Source: Thermodesulfobacteriota bacterium (GTDB lineage: Bacteria > Desulfobacterota_D > UBA1144 > Nemesobacterales > UBA2774). From it: a stretch of DNA of 64,000 bases. Position numbers and translations under genes: made by a program. Positions 48,484 through 59,321 of this stretch are shown here, one piece after another; position 1 is the stretch's first letter; each line of letters starts with the position of its first letter. Under the pieces are notes generated by a model that saw nothing but the letters and a program-made list of their open reading frames with translations, did no database searches and had not been told where the DNA came from. The DNA lies in contig OZ244991.1 of the NCBI GenBank assembly GCA_965223335.1, positions 2,560,001-2,624,000 of the forward strand. Reading direction: 5' to 3'.

Positions 48484-48960
48484 CTACATACCCTGTTTAG
48501 CCCGTCTTTTGGCCCTTCTTTTGATTTTAGCCCCTATCTCGTGCCACTTTTTATCGTCGTTGGTCTTAACAATCAAGCCCGGCACAGTGCTCGGCACCCC
48601 GTCACCGTCAATAGCCACCATCGTAGCATAACCCCTGCACGTAAACTCCTTTTCCGAGCGGTACTTACCGACCCTAAATACATCGACCTTCACCACCATT
48701 GACGTGCGCGATGTATAGATGACTTTTGCCCGGAACTCAGCCATGTCCCCCTGTTTAATGGGCCTCTTAAAATCCACAGCCTCAAACGAAGCGGTCACAG
48801 CGTCTTTGTTGCAGAACTGCATGGCGGCAAGCCCGCCCGTCATGTCCATGAGCTCCAATATCCGCCCGCCGAATATTGTACCTAAGTGGTTGGTATGATT
48901 GGGAAACACAAGCTCTGTGCTAACTACCTCTACAGCTTCTTTTTTGATTTCGCTGTTCAT
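48484..48960 (-). CDS. Hotdog-fold acyl-CoA thioesterase (YciA-like)
   Basis: VFPNHTNHLGTIFGGRILELMD, VTAS, RTSMVV. Confidence 0.92.
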   Translation of the reverse strand: MNSEIKKEAVEVVSTELVFPNHTNHLGTIFGGRILELMDMTGGLAAMQFCNKDAVTASFEAVDFKRPIKQGDMAEFRAKVIYTSRTSMVVKVDVFRVGKYRSEKEFTCRGYATMVAIDGDGVPSTVPGLIVKTNDDKKWHEIGAKIKRRAKRRAKQGM

Positions 48961-49054
48961 AATATGTGTAGCCCGAAATGGTGAGTCGCACGACCTATTG
49001 GGTTAAGTTGGTTGTTTTAATGAAGATCGTGGACAAGCTTCTATACGCTGCATC

Positions 49055-49130
49055 TGGTCGGGGTGAGAGGATTTGAACCTCCGACCTCGGCGTCCCAAGC
49101 GCCGCGCGCTCCCACCTGCGCTACACCCCG
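49055..49130 (-). tRNA. tRNA-Pro(TGG)
   Basis: CGGGGTG acceptor, CGGCG-CT-TGG-GA-CGCCG anticodon arm, GTTCAAATCC, encoded CCA. Confidence 0.96.
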
Positions 49131-49231
49131 ACTGACGAGTACAAGATTATACCTATGGCGATTAAAACGGCAAGTTGTCTTAAATTAGACTAATGGGATT
49201 CGGGATAGTAGTAATTATTCTCTATAAAACA

Positions 49232-49531
49232 CTATCCCAGGTACTTATCATAGACCTCTTTAGCCCAGAAAATCTCTGTGCCCGATGCCAATAGTGCGGT
49301 CTGCATAATGGTCTCGGCAATCTCTTGTTTGCTTATTTTAAGTGCAAGGGCCTTCTTAATCCTCGACTCTGTACAGTGTGGGCAGCGTCCATGTACAGCC
49401 ACTGCAATTGCTATAAGTGCTTTTGTTTTAGAGTCAAGTACAGTCTCTCCCTCTACAGCTTTATAAAAACTCCACCAGCCCTCTGCCATTTGCGGGGCGT
49501 GTTTTTCAAACCATCTTTCATTATCGGCCAT
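49232..49531 (-). CDS. Carboxymuconolactone decarboxylase/AhpD-like protein
   Basis: LDSKTKALIAIAVAV..RCPHC; EIAE. Confidence 0.9.
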   Translation of the reverse strand: MADNERWFEKHAPQMAEGWWSFYKAVEGETVLDSKTKALIAIAVAVHGRCPHCTESRIKKALALKISKQEIAETIMQTALLASGTEIFWAKEVYDKYLG

Positions 49532-49592
49532 AACATAAACCTCCTTTTTTATGTAGTTTTATATTCAGTATGGTCACATTCAAGGACTGAGC

Positions 49593-50129
49593 TCAAGCAA
49601 TGTTCTTTATGTATTTGTCTCTACCAGAACCCATTTTATAAGATGCATAACCCAGCGGGTTCTTCTCATAAAAGTTCTGATGGTAATCCTCGGCATTGTA
49701 AAATTTCATCACAGGCCGTATCTCTGTGACTATGGGTTTGGGGTATTTGTTAGATGCCCCAAGCTTCTGCTTAGATTCATCTGCGATCTTTTTCTGCTCA
49801 TCGTTATGATAGAAGATGGCAGTTCTGTAGTGCCTACCCCTATCTATAAATTGGCCACCGGGGTCTGTGGGGTCGACGTTGAGCCAAAACACATCAAGCA
49901 GTTTTTCGTAAGAGATCTGCGAGGGGTCAAATACTATTTCGACCGACTCCAAATGGTTCGTACGCCCCATACACACACTGTCATACGAGGGGTTTTCCTC
50001 CTCGCCCCCTGTGTAGCCCACAGTGGTTGATATCACTCCCCCGAGCCTATCAAACGGCGGCTGCATACACCAGAAACACCCCCCGCTGAAAGTTGCTTTT
50101 TCATACCCTTTAGCATCGATATCAGTCAT
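49593..50129 (-). CDS. msrA: Peptide methionine sulfoxide reductase A
   Basis: GGCFWC, VGYTGG, GQFIDRG..YRTAIFY, AEDYHQ. Confidence 0.96.
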   Translation of the reverse strand: MTDIDAKGYEKATFSGGCFWCMQPPFDRLGGVISTTVGYTGGEEENPSYDSVCMGRTNHLESVEIVFDPSQISYEKLLDVFWLNVDPTDPGGQFIDRGRHYRTAIFYHNDEQKKIADESKQKLGASNKYPKPIVTEIRPVMKFYNAEDYHQNFYEKNPLGYASYKMGSGRDKYIKNIA

Positions 50130-50203
50130 TATTTACACCGCCCATAACATACCATATTAGCCCGCAAAGTGATAATAATCACAGGATGAAAAATATTGCT
50201 AAA

Positions 50204-53200
50204 TTACTGCCCTTTCCCTGCCCTATCGGGGTACTCCGGTCTATTAGGCTTCTTAGACTCTTGCTTACCCAATAGTTCTACTGCAACCTCTATGGACTTC
50301 TCAAGCTGGGGATCAACCCCCTCGCCCGGTCTCTCGTGAATATCGTCCACCTCGTAATCGGGCTCAACCCCATAACCCTCAATCTCCCACTTGCCGCTCG
50401 AGTTCCAAAACGCATAGCTTGGCGCTGTCACAAACCCCCCGTCTATAAGTAGGGGGTTCCCCGAGACCCCTATTAAACCACCCAGTGTCCTGGTTCCTAC
50501 TAACGGTCCCAGCCCGGATTTTCTAAAATAGTATGGCAGGGCATCCCCGCCCGAGCCCGACCACCCGTTAATTATCATGACCTTTGGCCCTGTGTGCGCA
50601 GGGGAAGGCGTTTCCAAGTCGTCGAAGCCGCGGCGCGCCCAGTAGTTTAGCGTGGGGCGGTTAAGCAGTTCAATAAACCTATCGGGCACCTGCCCCCCTC
50701 CGTTAAACCTCTCGTCAATTATAAGTGCGTCCATGTTGTGTTGGGGTATGAACTGCCGCACAAACTCGCTTTGCCCAAACCGTCCTGTGTCGGGCACATA
50801 TACATACCCCACACGCCCCTCGGTTGCATCATGAACTCTCTTTCTGTTTTGCTCTACCCAGTCCAGATAGCGCAGTTTCTGGTCTTCTGCGTTTTTTATA
50901 GGTTTCACTAGAACATTGCGTATATCATTTTCCTTACCCGATCGGCTCACTCCCAGTGTTGTAACCTCTCCTACGAGGCCCTCGAACGAGGCCCAAAAAT
51001 CCCTAGAGACGTCCACACCCCTACCGTCCACTGTCAATATGTACTCACCTTCCCTAACCCCCATTCCCGCTTCATCGAGCGGCGATTTAGAAACCCCGTT
51101 TAACTCCCCGCCGCTATAAATCTTATCAATCCTATATGCGCCTACATCCGCATCAAACCCGATATCTGCTCCCAAGAGCCCGGTCTCCACCGTCTCGCCC
51201 ACCTCCATATCTCCACCACCCACATATGTGTGCGAAGAGTTTAACTCCCCCAGCATCTCGCCAATCACATAGTTCAGATCCTCTCGGTCAACAACATGGG
51301 GCAGTAACGCCTCGTACCTCTCCCTTACGGCGTTCCAATCCACTCCATGCATATTCGGGTCATAGAAATAATCCCGCAGTATCCGCCACGACTCTGTAAA
51401 GATCTGGCTCCATTCCTCCCGAGGGTCGATCTTTGCTTTTAGCTTACCCACAGCGATCTTGCCATCCCCTGCATTTTTGCCCTCACCAAAATCTACTATC
51501 CCGTATTTATCCCTCGCCTTATACAAGATCTTCTTGCCGTCTGCAGAAATCTTGTATGCATTGACACCCCCGATTATCTGGCCCTCGCGGCCGCTGTTTA
51601 GATCGTAAAACATCAGTTTACCCCCGGGGTGATCGTGGTTATTCACCCCCGCAGGCGGTAAACGCAAATACACAACCTTACCGCTAACAGCGGTCAACCC
51701 GCCAAAGTTGCCCGCACTCGGTGGCAGTTTCACCGCACGCTCCGCAATATCGTCGAAGTCTATCCTCTCATCCTTCTTATCTTTGTTATCCGTATTATGC
51801 TGTGGTTTGGGAGATATTTCCTCTATATCGTCTTTTAATGCAAGTGGGGATTTTAGGTCCTTTCTTAGAGGCAGTGCATAAATCTCGGTAGAGTTGGGGT
51901 AGATCCAGGTCGCCTGCATGTCGCTATAAACAGGCGTGAATTTCCTGTCTGAAAAAAAGTATATGTATTTACCGTCAGGATCGAACTCGGGGGAGTTATC
52001 GTTATAGTAATTGCTGGTCAAGCGTTTTTTATCACCCGACTTTGTGTCGTACACAAACACCGATTTCCGCCCATTGGACATCTGTTTTGTATAGGCGATC
52101 CACCTGCTTTTCGGCGACCACGAATACGCGTGAATCTCGTCTCTTTCGTCCTTGTCCACAAGTTCAGGGGTTCTTTTCTTGTCGTCTATATAATAGAGGC
52201 TCCCCGTGTTGTCACTCCATGCAAGCTTTTTACTATCCGGGGACCAGACGAGTTGATACCGGAATGTGCTGCCATCGTTTGTCAGCTGTATCTCCTCTCC
52301 CCTACCGTCGCTCGGTTTCAAATAGATCTCGTACTCGCCCGTTTTATCCGACAGGTAAGCTATGTACTTTCCATCGGGTGACCACACCGGAAACCGCTCG
52401 GCAGAGCCCGAGCTCGAGCTTAGATTGCGGATGCTCCCGTGATGACGCGGCACTGAGAATATCTCACCCCTAGCCTCCACAAGCGCTCTTTTCCCTGTGG
52501 GAGATATGGCAAAATTCTCAATCTGTTTTGAAACGTCTTTTAATCTTGCCCTTAGGTGCGGGAGGTCCGATGGCACATCGATATTCACCTCCGTAATCTG
52601 CTCATCACTTAAACCGAGCAAGTAGAGCTTGCCCCCGTTCTCAAACACAATGTCAGAGGGCCCCAAACTCGGCCACCTCACATCATAATCCGTAAACCTT
52701 GTGACCTGTCGTATCTTTTTGTCCCCAAGCTCATATGCCCAAATATTGAGCTTGCTCTTATCCCCCCTGTCCGATAGAAAATAGATCGTATCCCCATGCC
52801 ACATAGGCAGAGAGTCGGTACCCTCGTACTCGGTTATCTTCTCTGCTTTATCGTTCTCAAAATCGTATAACCACAGGTTAGACGCCATACCCCCCTTGTA
52901 CCGCTTCCATGTCCGAAACTGTCTTAGTATGTACTGGAACGCTAGCTTCTTGCCGTCGGGGCTAAGGCTCCCGACCTCGGCATAGGGCAGAGGCAGGACC
53001 TCGGGGACCCCCCCATCAACCGAGAGTTTAAAGAGCCTCTTGGTTCTGTGCGTGGGGCTAAGCATCCCCGAGCGCAGCAATAGGTGTTTACCGTCGGGGT
53101 ACCAGCCCACTACAGCCTCCTGCTCCGGATGATAGGTAAGTCTGGCAGGCTCACCGCCCTCAGTGGGCATTATATATATATCGGTGTTGCCGTCATAGTT

Positions 53201-53533
53201 GCCGCTGAACGCCACCCTCCGGCCGTCGGGCGAGAATTTAGGCAGTAGCTCCCTGCCCCGAGGAGAACTAAGCTTGCGCGCTGTGCCGCCCTGTTTCGGT
53301 ACGATCCATAGGTCGCCCGCATACACAAACACTATGTTGTCTTCGCTAACATCGGGGAAACGGAGCATCCTTGCATCGGGGGATCTATCTTTATCACCAT
53401 TGGTCCGATCGGTTTTATCGGTATTATCAAGTTCGGCCTGTTCTCTATCATCAGGCTGTTTAGCCTCTTGGGCCAAGGCTGTTGAGATAATACCGAGCAT
53501 TAATATTAGTATCAGAGTCGAAAGTTTTTGCAT
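50204..53533 (-). CDS. Tricorn-like S41 protease
   Basis: PD40/beta-propeller repeats, WKRYKGG, ELNSSHTY, IIDERFNGGG, GSGGD catalytic Ser, GTRTLGG. Confidence 0.95.
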   Translation of the reverse strand: MQKLSTLILILMLGIISTALAQEAKQPDDREQAELDNTDKTDRTNGDKDRSPDARMLRFPDVSEDNIVFVYAGDLWIVPKQGGTARKLSSPRGRELLPKFSPDGRRVAFSGNYDGNTDIYIMPTEGGEPARLTYHPEQEAVVGWYPDGKHLLLRSGMLSPTHRTKRLFKLSVDGGVPEVLPLPYAEVGSLSPDGKKLAFQYILRQFRTWKRYKGGMASNLWLYDFENDKAEKITEYEGTDSLPMWHGDTIYFLSDRGDKSKLNIWAYELGDKKIRQVTRFTDYDVRWPSLGPSDIVFENGGKLYLLGLSDEQITEVNIDVPSDLPHLRARLKDVSKQIENFAISPTGKRALVEARGEIFSVPRHHGSIRNLSSSSGSAERFPVWSPDGKYIAYLSDKTGEYEIYLKPSDGRGEEIQLTNDGSTFRYQLVWSPDSKKLAWSDNTGSLYYIDDKKRTPELVDKDERDEIHAYSWSPKSRWIAYTKQMSNGRKSVFVYDTKSGDKKRLTSNYYNDNSPEFDPDGKYIYFFSDRKFTPVYSDMQATWIYPNSTEIYALPLRKDLKSPLALKDDIEEISPKPQHNTDNKDKKDERIDFDDIAERAVKLPPSAGNFGGLTAVSGKVVYLRLPPAGVNNHDHPGGKLMFYDLNSGREGQIIGGVNAYKISADGKKILYKARDKYGIVDFGEGKNAGDGKIAVGKLKAKIDPREEWSQIFTESWRILRDYFYDPNMHGVDWNAVRERYEALLPHVVDREDLNYVIGEMLGELNSSHTYVGGGDMEVGETVETGLLGADIGFDADVGAYRIDKIYSGGELNGVSKSPLDEAGMGVREGEYILTVDGRGVDVSRDFWASFEGLVGEVTTLGVSRSGKENDIRNVLVKPIKNAEDQKLRYLDWVEQNRKRVHDATEGRVGYVYVPDTGRFGQSEFVRQFIPQHNMDALIIDERFNGGGQVPDRFIELLNRPTLNYWARRGFDDLETPSPAHTGPKVMIINGWSGSGGDALPYYFRKSGLGPLVGTRTLGGLIGVSGNPLLIDGGFVTAPSYAFWNSSGKWEIEGYGVEPDYEVDDIHERPGEGVDPQLEKSIEVAVELLGKQESKKPNRPEYPDRAGKGQ

Positions 53534-53944
53534 AACAGTTTAAGTCCCTCGCAACTATAAGGCACCGAATCAGTGAGCGTATAGGCGTGATTCGATAATT
53601 ATAAAATATACCTAAACATCTAGGTTACCTCTGGGTAAGGTTTCCAAATATATTCACAATCCGTAGCGCCACATATTTGATCTCAACCGGGGTGGGGCTG
53701 TGTACTTGCTCATTATACATTTGGTGTGTTTGTGGCAAAGAATACAAACAGGAAACTACACTCTCACTTTGCCGTAATTTAATATACGTACTTAGATTAA
53801 ACTAAATATCAATCGGCATGTTGGAGTGAGTAAAAGAAAGGAATGATCATTATCTGTGCACCTAACTTATATACCGCTTATGGAACTGCTTCATGCTGTC
53901 GGGCTCCCCAAAATATGAGTCTCGACTGTGCATTTAATAAAGAA

Positions 53945-55051
53945 TCACGTATCTACCAACTCTCTAGTCAGATCTTTTTTCCTTTTTTGCCTTTCTAACC
54001 CCAGATCGATCAGACGTGATATAAGTTCAGTGAACGATATACCCGTAGCCTCCCAGAGCTTCGGATACATGCTTATTTCTGTGAATCCGGGTATCGTGTT
54101 TATCTCACTTACGAACATCTCATCCGTAGCACCGTCGACTAAAAAATCTATACGTCCCATACCCGAACAGTCCAGTGTTTTAAATGTATCTACCGCAAGC
54201 TTTTTGAGAGCTTCTATTCGATCTGATGAGAATTCAGCGGGCACCACAAGTCCCGTGCCCTCCTCCAGGTACTTGGCCCTATAGTCATAGAACTCCCTAT
54301 GAGGCTTTACCTCCCCCGGCACAGATGCCAGTGCCTCCTCATTGCCCAACACACTGACCTCAATCTCCCGGGGGTCATTAACCGCCCTCTCTACAATTAC
54401 CCTGTCCGAGTATTGCAACGAGTACTCCACAGCCTTTCTTAATTCCGTTTCTGTGCCCGCCTTGGTAATCCCAACACTGGAACCAAGATCAGCCGATTTT
54501 ACAAACACACTCGGGCCCAGAGCACGTATTATTTCCGGGACCAGTTCACCCGAATCGGTTTGCCAATCGCGGCGCGTGAACCATACATAATCAACTATGG
54601 GCAGCCCAGCATCCTTAAGCACCGCCTTCATCATAATCTTGTCCATACCCACAGACGATCCCAACACCCCGGCACCTACATACGGCGTGCCCATAAGTTC
54701 AAATAAACCCTGTATAGCCCCGTCTTCTCCATAGGTCCCGTGCAAAACCGGGAACGCAATATCTATCTCTATTTCCTCTACCACAGAGCTTCCCCTGACC
54801 ACACAAAGTGTCGGGTTATCGGGGTTCAATGAGGGAGATACATACAGATCGTTCTCATAAATTAGATCCTCACCCCCGACCCAGCTCTGGTCCTTTACTA
54901 TTCTCCACACGCCGTTTTTGTCTATGAATACACTTATGACGTTATAGAGTTCTGTATCGATATTTTTAACAATCGACCTAGCAGAGATAACCGAGATCTC
55001 ATGCTCAACCGATTTCCCGCCAAAAATTATAGCAACTCGAGATAAAGACAA
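53945..55051 (-). CDS. ddl: D-alanine--D-alanine ligase
   Basis: FGGKSVEHEIS, LHGTYGEDG, MDK, GSSVG, FYDYRAKY, EINTIPGFT; TTG start with SD. Confidence 0.96.
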   Translation of the reverse strand: MSLSRVAIIFGGKSVEHEISVISARSIVKNIDTELYNVISVFIDKNGVWRIVKDQSWVGGEDLIYENDLYVSPSLNPDNPTLCVVRGSSVVEEIEIDIAFPVLHGTYGEDGAIQGLFELMGTPYVGAGVLGSSVGMDKIMMKAVLKDAGLPIVDYVWFTRRDWQTDSGELVPEIIRALGPSVFVKSADLGSSVGITKAGTETELRKAVEYSLQYSDRVIVERAVNDPREIEVSVLGNEEALASVPGEVKPHREFYDYRAKYLEEGTGLVVPAEFSSDRIEALKKLAVDTFKTLDCSGMGRIDFLVDGATDEMFVSEINTIPGFTEISMYPKLWEATGISFTELISRLIDLGLERQKRKKDLTRELVDT

Positions 55052-55322
55052 TGTTACCCCCTCACTTCAATTACGCATCTGCACACTTTTTCAAGCTATG
55101 CTTTGAATTTATAGTCTCTAACCAGTTACACTACTGGAAATTTCTTGTCAAGCTAACCACCAATTCAACCTTAATATATAGGGGTTCTATAAGGACACTG
55201 CGAGAAATAAGAAATGTATTTGAGTCTTAAGTTCGGGATAGCTGCTAAATCATTTTGCAAATGCACAACGATCATGTAAAATGCACATCTGTATTAATCA
55301 GACGAAACAAGGAGGGTAAAAA

Positions 55323-56513
55323 ATGCAAAAAGCATTGATAAGCGAGCCGCTAAGGACTGCTATCGGAGCCTTTGGAGGTACGCTAAAAGACACTCCCGCT
55401 ACAACGCTCGGTTCCACTGTGGTAAAAGAACTTCTGGAACGCACAGGCGTTGCACCTAAAGAGATCGACGACTGTATTATGGGCAACATACTCAGTGCCG
55501 GAATGGGAATGAACCCAAGCCGCCAGGTTGCTCTTGGAGCGGGGCTTGATATAGAGACACCGGCGTACACCATAAACCGCGTATGCGGTTCAGGGCTAAA
55601 TACCGTAGCACTGGCGGCACAGGCCATAAAAGCAGGAGACTCAGATGCAATAATCGCAGGGGGCATAGAGAACATGAACCAGGCTCCGTTCTATCTGCAA
55701 AAGGCCCGCTACGGATACCGTATGGGAATGCCCAAAGACGAGATCACAGACGGTATGGTATACGACGGTCTCTGGGATGTTTTCAATGACTATCATATGG
55801 GTGTTACTGCTGAGAATCTAGCCGAAACTTATAACATATCTAAAGAAGAACAGGACGAATTCGCATACAAGAGCCAGATGAAATGTAAAAACGCTATGGA
55901 TGGCGGGAAGTTTAAAGATGAGATTGTCCCTGTAATGATCCCACAGCGTAGAAAAGACCCCATAGCTTTTGAGGTCGATGAACACCCACGCGGCGATACG
56001 ACTCTAGAGGGCCTCGGTAGGCTGCGCGGAGTCTTTAAAGTTGGCGGCACAGTATCCGCCGGTAACGCATCTGGGATCAACGACGGTGCCGCAGCAGTGA
56101 TGGTTACTTCCGAAAAGAAAGCAAAATCGCTGGGCTTAAAACCCATTGCCAGCGTGGTGTCATACGCTGTAGCCGGTGTTGACCCCTCGATTATGGGCAT
56201 CGGCCCTGTGCCGGCAATTCAAAAGGCATTAGCCAAAGCCAAACTATCATTGGACGATATAGATCTGTTTGAACTAAACGAAGCGTTTGCTGCCCAGTCG
56301 CTTGCCGTGCTTCGCGACTTGCCGATCCCTGAAAAAAAGATCAATGTTAACGGCGGCGCAATTGCTCTTGGACACCCAATCGGGGCATCGGGTACAAGGA
56401 TCTTGGTAACCCTTCTCCACGAGCTCAAGAGAAGAAAGAAAGCCAAACGCGGTCTCGCAGCGCTCTGCATAGGTGGGGGAATGGGTATTGCGATGATTGT
56501 AGAGAAAGTGTAG
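55323..56513 (+). CDS. Acetyl-CoA C-acetyltransferase (thiolase)
   Basis: [36 protein letters not shown]. Confidence 0.96.
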   Translation: MQKALISEPLRTAIGAFGGTLKDTPATTLGSTVVKELLERTGVAPKEIDDCIMGNILSAGMGMNPSRQVALGAGLDIETPAYTINRVCGSGLNTVALAAQAIKAGDSDAIIAGGIENMNQAPFYLQKARYGYRMGMPKDEITDGMVYDGLWDVFNDYHMGVTAENLAETYNISKEEQDEFAYKSQMKCKNAMDGGKFKDEIVPVMIPQRRKDPIAFEVDEHPRGDTTLEGLGRLRGVFKVGGTVSAGNASGINDGAAAVMVTSEKKAKSLGLKPIASVVSYAVAGVDPSIMGIGPVPAIQKALAKAKLSLDDIDLFELNEAFAAQSLAVLRDLPIPEKKINVNGGAIALGHPIGASGTRILVTLLHELKRRKKAKRGLAALCIGGGMGIAMIVEKV

Positions 56514-56535
56514 TTGGTATATTAGCAACAAAACA

Positions 56536-56560
56536 GAGGGCCGGCGCACTGTCGGCCTTC
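56536..56560. terminator. Hairpin between convergent thiolase and thioesterase genes
   Basis: GAGGGCCGGC-GCACT-GTCGGCCTTC. Confidence 0.55.
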
Positions 56561-56573
56561 TTAGCAACTCAAG

Positions 56574-57023
56574 CTAGATCACTTCAATTAGGTAACTTTT
56601 AGGCGGGAAAAGCTCCTTAAAGGCCTCGGGTACGGGATCCACACTACGTTCTGCATAATTAAAGAACACGATCCCGGTTTTCACATACGCTATTTCTTTC
56701 CCGCTCTTTTTTTCGGTCACGACATAAACTATATCGCACCCGCTATTCGAATACTCGCACACTGCCAGCTCAACTTTAAGCGTGTCCCCATAGAAACTCT
56801 CCGATTTATACTGCACGGCTACATCCGCCATAATGATTGCAGACCCGCCTATATCGAGCTCAGAGAAACCGTTATCGACCAAAAACCTTACCCTTGCCTC
56901 GTGTGCTATAGAGAGTATAGAGTCGTGTCCCAGGTGGCCTCCATAGTTGATGTCACTTATCCTAAGCCTGATCTCGGTAGAGTAGTGGTAATCCCCGGGA
57001 GATTCGATCTTTATTCTAGACAT
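56574..57023 (-). CDS. 4HBT-like thioesterase family protein
   Basis: RISDINYGGHLG, HEAR, YKSESFYGD, KTGIVFF. Confidence 0.88.
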   Translation of the reverse strand: MSRIKIESPGDYHYSTEIRLRISDINYGGHLGHDSILSIAHEARVRFLVDNGFSELDIGGSAIIMADVAVQYKSESFYGDTLKVELAVCEYSNSGCDIVYVVTEKKSGKEIAYVKTGIVFFNYAERSVDPVPEAFKELFPPKSYLIEVI

Positions 57024-57177
57024 ATCTACACGCCTATATTAAAACTATGATTACGTACCGATTGGGACATGATTATATACATAGCCACCGATAAACACAA
57101 AAATCAGTTGACACATGACCCGTCGATTGTATAAATTGCTATAATATTACTAACTCGCCCAAGGAGGCCGCGTGTAG

Positions 57178-57729
57178 ATGACCATAAACAGTCTGAAACC
57201 CTCGTCCATAAAGAATTTCTTCGGCAAATTAGTAAACATGAGTTTCCTTGACCTCGGTAATGACAAAGACTCTAGTGCCGCAGGCTATATATCCGAGATG
57301 CTCACCGAGTTTGCCCGCACCGAAAAACTCTACAAGATAAGCGACTCTGAGGGGCGGCGTGTTGAATCCATAGTCGAGATCATCCTGGAATCCCAGAATA
57401 AAAACAATAACAACTCCGAGTCCGAGCGCGAGTTAAGAAAATACGTGGGCGATTTCTCGCTCTTTATGTCAGGAGTTTTCAGGGACTATTTGATCCGGGG
57501 CTCATATCTTAACTACTACATTGATCAGGGCACAAAATCTTACTTTTTGGTTTCGAGATTAGATTTGGAAATGGGCAAAGGCGACCCTATTTTTTTCAAC
57601 AAGCTCTCCCAAGAGTTCGAGTTCTACTCGGGGGCACTGGATTATATGCGCAAGGTCTATTTTAAACACGGGCTCTCAGAGCATATGTTCGCCAACTTCG
57701 CTAACGAACTGTCGAAGCTAAAACACTAA
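57178..57729 (+). CDS. Conserved hypothetical protein
   Basis: AGGAGG RBS; Y..EML.EF, ERELRKYVGDFSLFMSG.F, YY...G..SY pattern. Confidence 0.75.
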   Translation: MTINSLKPSSIKNFFGKLVNMSFLDLGNDKDSSAAGYISEMLTEFARTEKLYKISDSEGRRVESIVEIILESQNKNNNNSESERELRKYVGDFSLFMSGVFRDYLIRGSYLNYYIDQGTKSYFLVSRLDLEMGKGDPIFFNKLSQEFEFYSGALDYMRKVYFKHGLSEHMFANFANELSKLKH

Positions 57730-57735
57730 GTTCCA

Positions 57736-58785
57736 CTATCCGTGAAAATGCGGGATAATCTCCTTAGTCAGTATTTCAAACGATCGTTCACGGTCCGGGC
57801 TAAAATCCCTAAGCACAAAATGATCCACACCCGCATCTATATACTCCTCGAACCTCTCGATCACCCTCTCTTTTGAGCCTGCTATTACAAAGTCCATCAA
57901 GATCTCTCTCGAGTAATACCTCTGGCCCATCTCTCTGAATTTCGCGAGCATTTCCTTATCGTTGGGCATTATTTTGGTGTACTGCAAGCCCTTATATTTA
58001 TCATCGATCTCTATATCATATCCCGCCTCCGCCAACAACTCGGGCCATATTAATGCGTGCTTCACAGGTGCTAGCGAGTTGTAAGCCTCATCCTCATTAT
58101 CAGCTATGGATACGAAAATATAGATTGACTTTTCTATCTCCCCCAGCCCTTTGGGCCTTGCATCCGATTGTTCAAGTACTGCTTTAGCTTTTGACTTGAA
58201 CAAGCCTGTTGGCATTGCATTTGTCAGCCATCCATCACCGTACTTCCCAGCCACCTCCAATGCCCTCGGCCCCGTAGCCGCTATGTATATGGGCACGCCC
58301 GATTCACTAACCGGTTTTATGCGCAGCACAGCATCATCCAGACTATATATCTCCCCCTCAAAGTTAACCACCTCCCCAGTCCACAACGACCTCATCACTT
58401 CCACAGACTCTGCCACCCGTTTAAGAGGATTGTCCCATTTGATACCGTAAGGGTCCAGGTTCATTTTCTCGCCGTAGCCGAGGCACGCAAACACCCTTCC
58501 CCCTGCAATATGGTCCACTGTAGCCAAGCGGTGCGCATATACGGAGGGATGAATACGGTGAGCGTCCCCCACTGCACCCATAGCGATGGTTTTTGTTGCG
58601 GGTGCTGCCGCCGTGATCACTGACCAGACCTCAGGTGTCAGTTTATCAGCCATAAATACCACATGATCAGGAAACCATACCGTGTCGAACCCCCCCCTCT
58701 CACTCTTGTACACAAAGTCCAGTAGCCCCTCGACCGATACCCCCGGCACTGGGGCCGTTATCCCGAATTTGGTGTATTCAGACAT
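57736..58785 (-). CDS. LLM-class flavin-dependent oxidoreductase
   Basis: GFDTVWFPDH, ATVDHIAGGR, PIYIAATGPRAL..AG.YGDGW; start moved to MSEYTK behind GGAGG. Confidence 0.9.
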   Translation of the reverse strand: MSEYTKFGITAPVPGVSVEGLLDFVYKSERGGFDTVWFPDHVVFMADKLTPEVWSVITAAAPATKTIAMGAVGDAHRIHPSVYAHRLATVDHIAGGRVFACLGYGEKMNLDPYGIKWDNPLKRVAESVEVMRSLWTGEVVNFEGEIYSLDDAVLRIKPVSESGVPIYIAATGPRALEVAGKYGDGWLTNAMPTGLFKSKAKAVLEQSDARPKGLGEIEKSIYIFVSIADNEDEAYNSLAPVKHALIWPELLAEAGYDIEIDDKYKGLQYTKIMPNDKEMLAKFREMGQRYYSREILMDFVIAGSKERVIERFEEYIDAGVDHFVLRDFSPDRERSFEILTKEIIPHFHG

Positions 58786-58945
58786 TGCTAAATAGCCTCC
58801 TAATGGTAAGCATGACAACATTTATTTATGTACTTAATTTATCACCTCCGCTTGATTTTTACTATCTGAATTGTTATTATTCCTAACAATAGAACAACAT
58901 TTCCACGCACGGTTAGTGGGACATGAGGCGGAGGTTACAACGATA

Positions 58946-59185
58946 ATGGAGAGATTGGAAAAGGAACATGCCAGTACACATGTGGACATTGAATCGAAAC
59001 GGTTTTTCTTCGATGTTAAAGAAAACCATAAGGGCAAATACCTGAGAATAACCGAACTAAGCGGCGGCAGGTCTTGCATTGTTATCCCTTTGGGCGGAGT
59101 AACTCTTTTCAAAGAGAGATTGGGCGAAGTAATCGAAGAAGCTGAGAAGCTCATCGATAACGTAGACCAGGCAAACGCTGTATAA
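58946..59185 (+). CDS. Single-repeat PUR (Pur-alpha-like) ssDNA/RNA-binding protein
   Basis: EHASTHVDIESKRFFFDVKENHKGKYLRITE...RSCIVIP; GGAGG upstream of ATG 58946. Confidence 0.85.
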   Translation: MERLEKEHASTHVDIESKRFFFDVKENHKGKYLRITELSGGRSCIVIPLGGVTLFKERLGEVIEEAEKLIDNVDQANAV

Positions 59186-59321
59186 AGATTGGAAAAGTAT
59201 TAGCTATTGATGTAGTCACCTACTCATCATTAACAATACATAATCTATAAGAGCTAAGAGCGCTACGTATAGTTTGTTAGTTATGCGTACATGTTGCTAC
59301 GGGTTTGTTACGTTTAAAACA

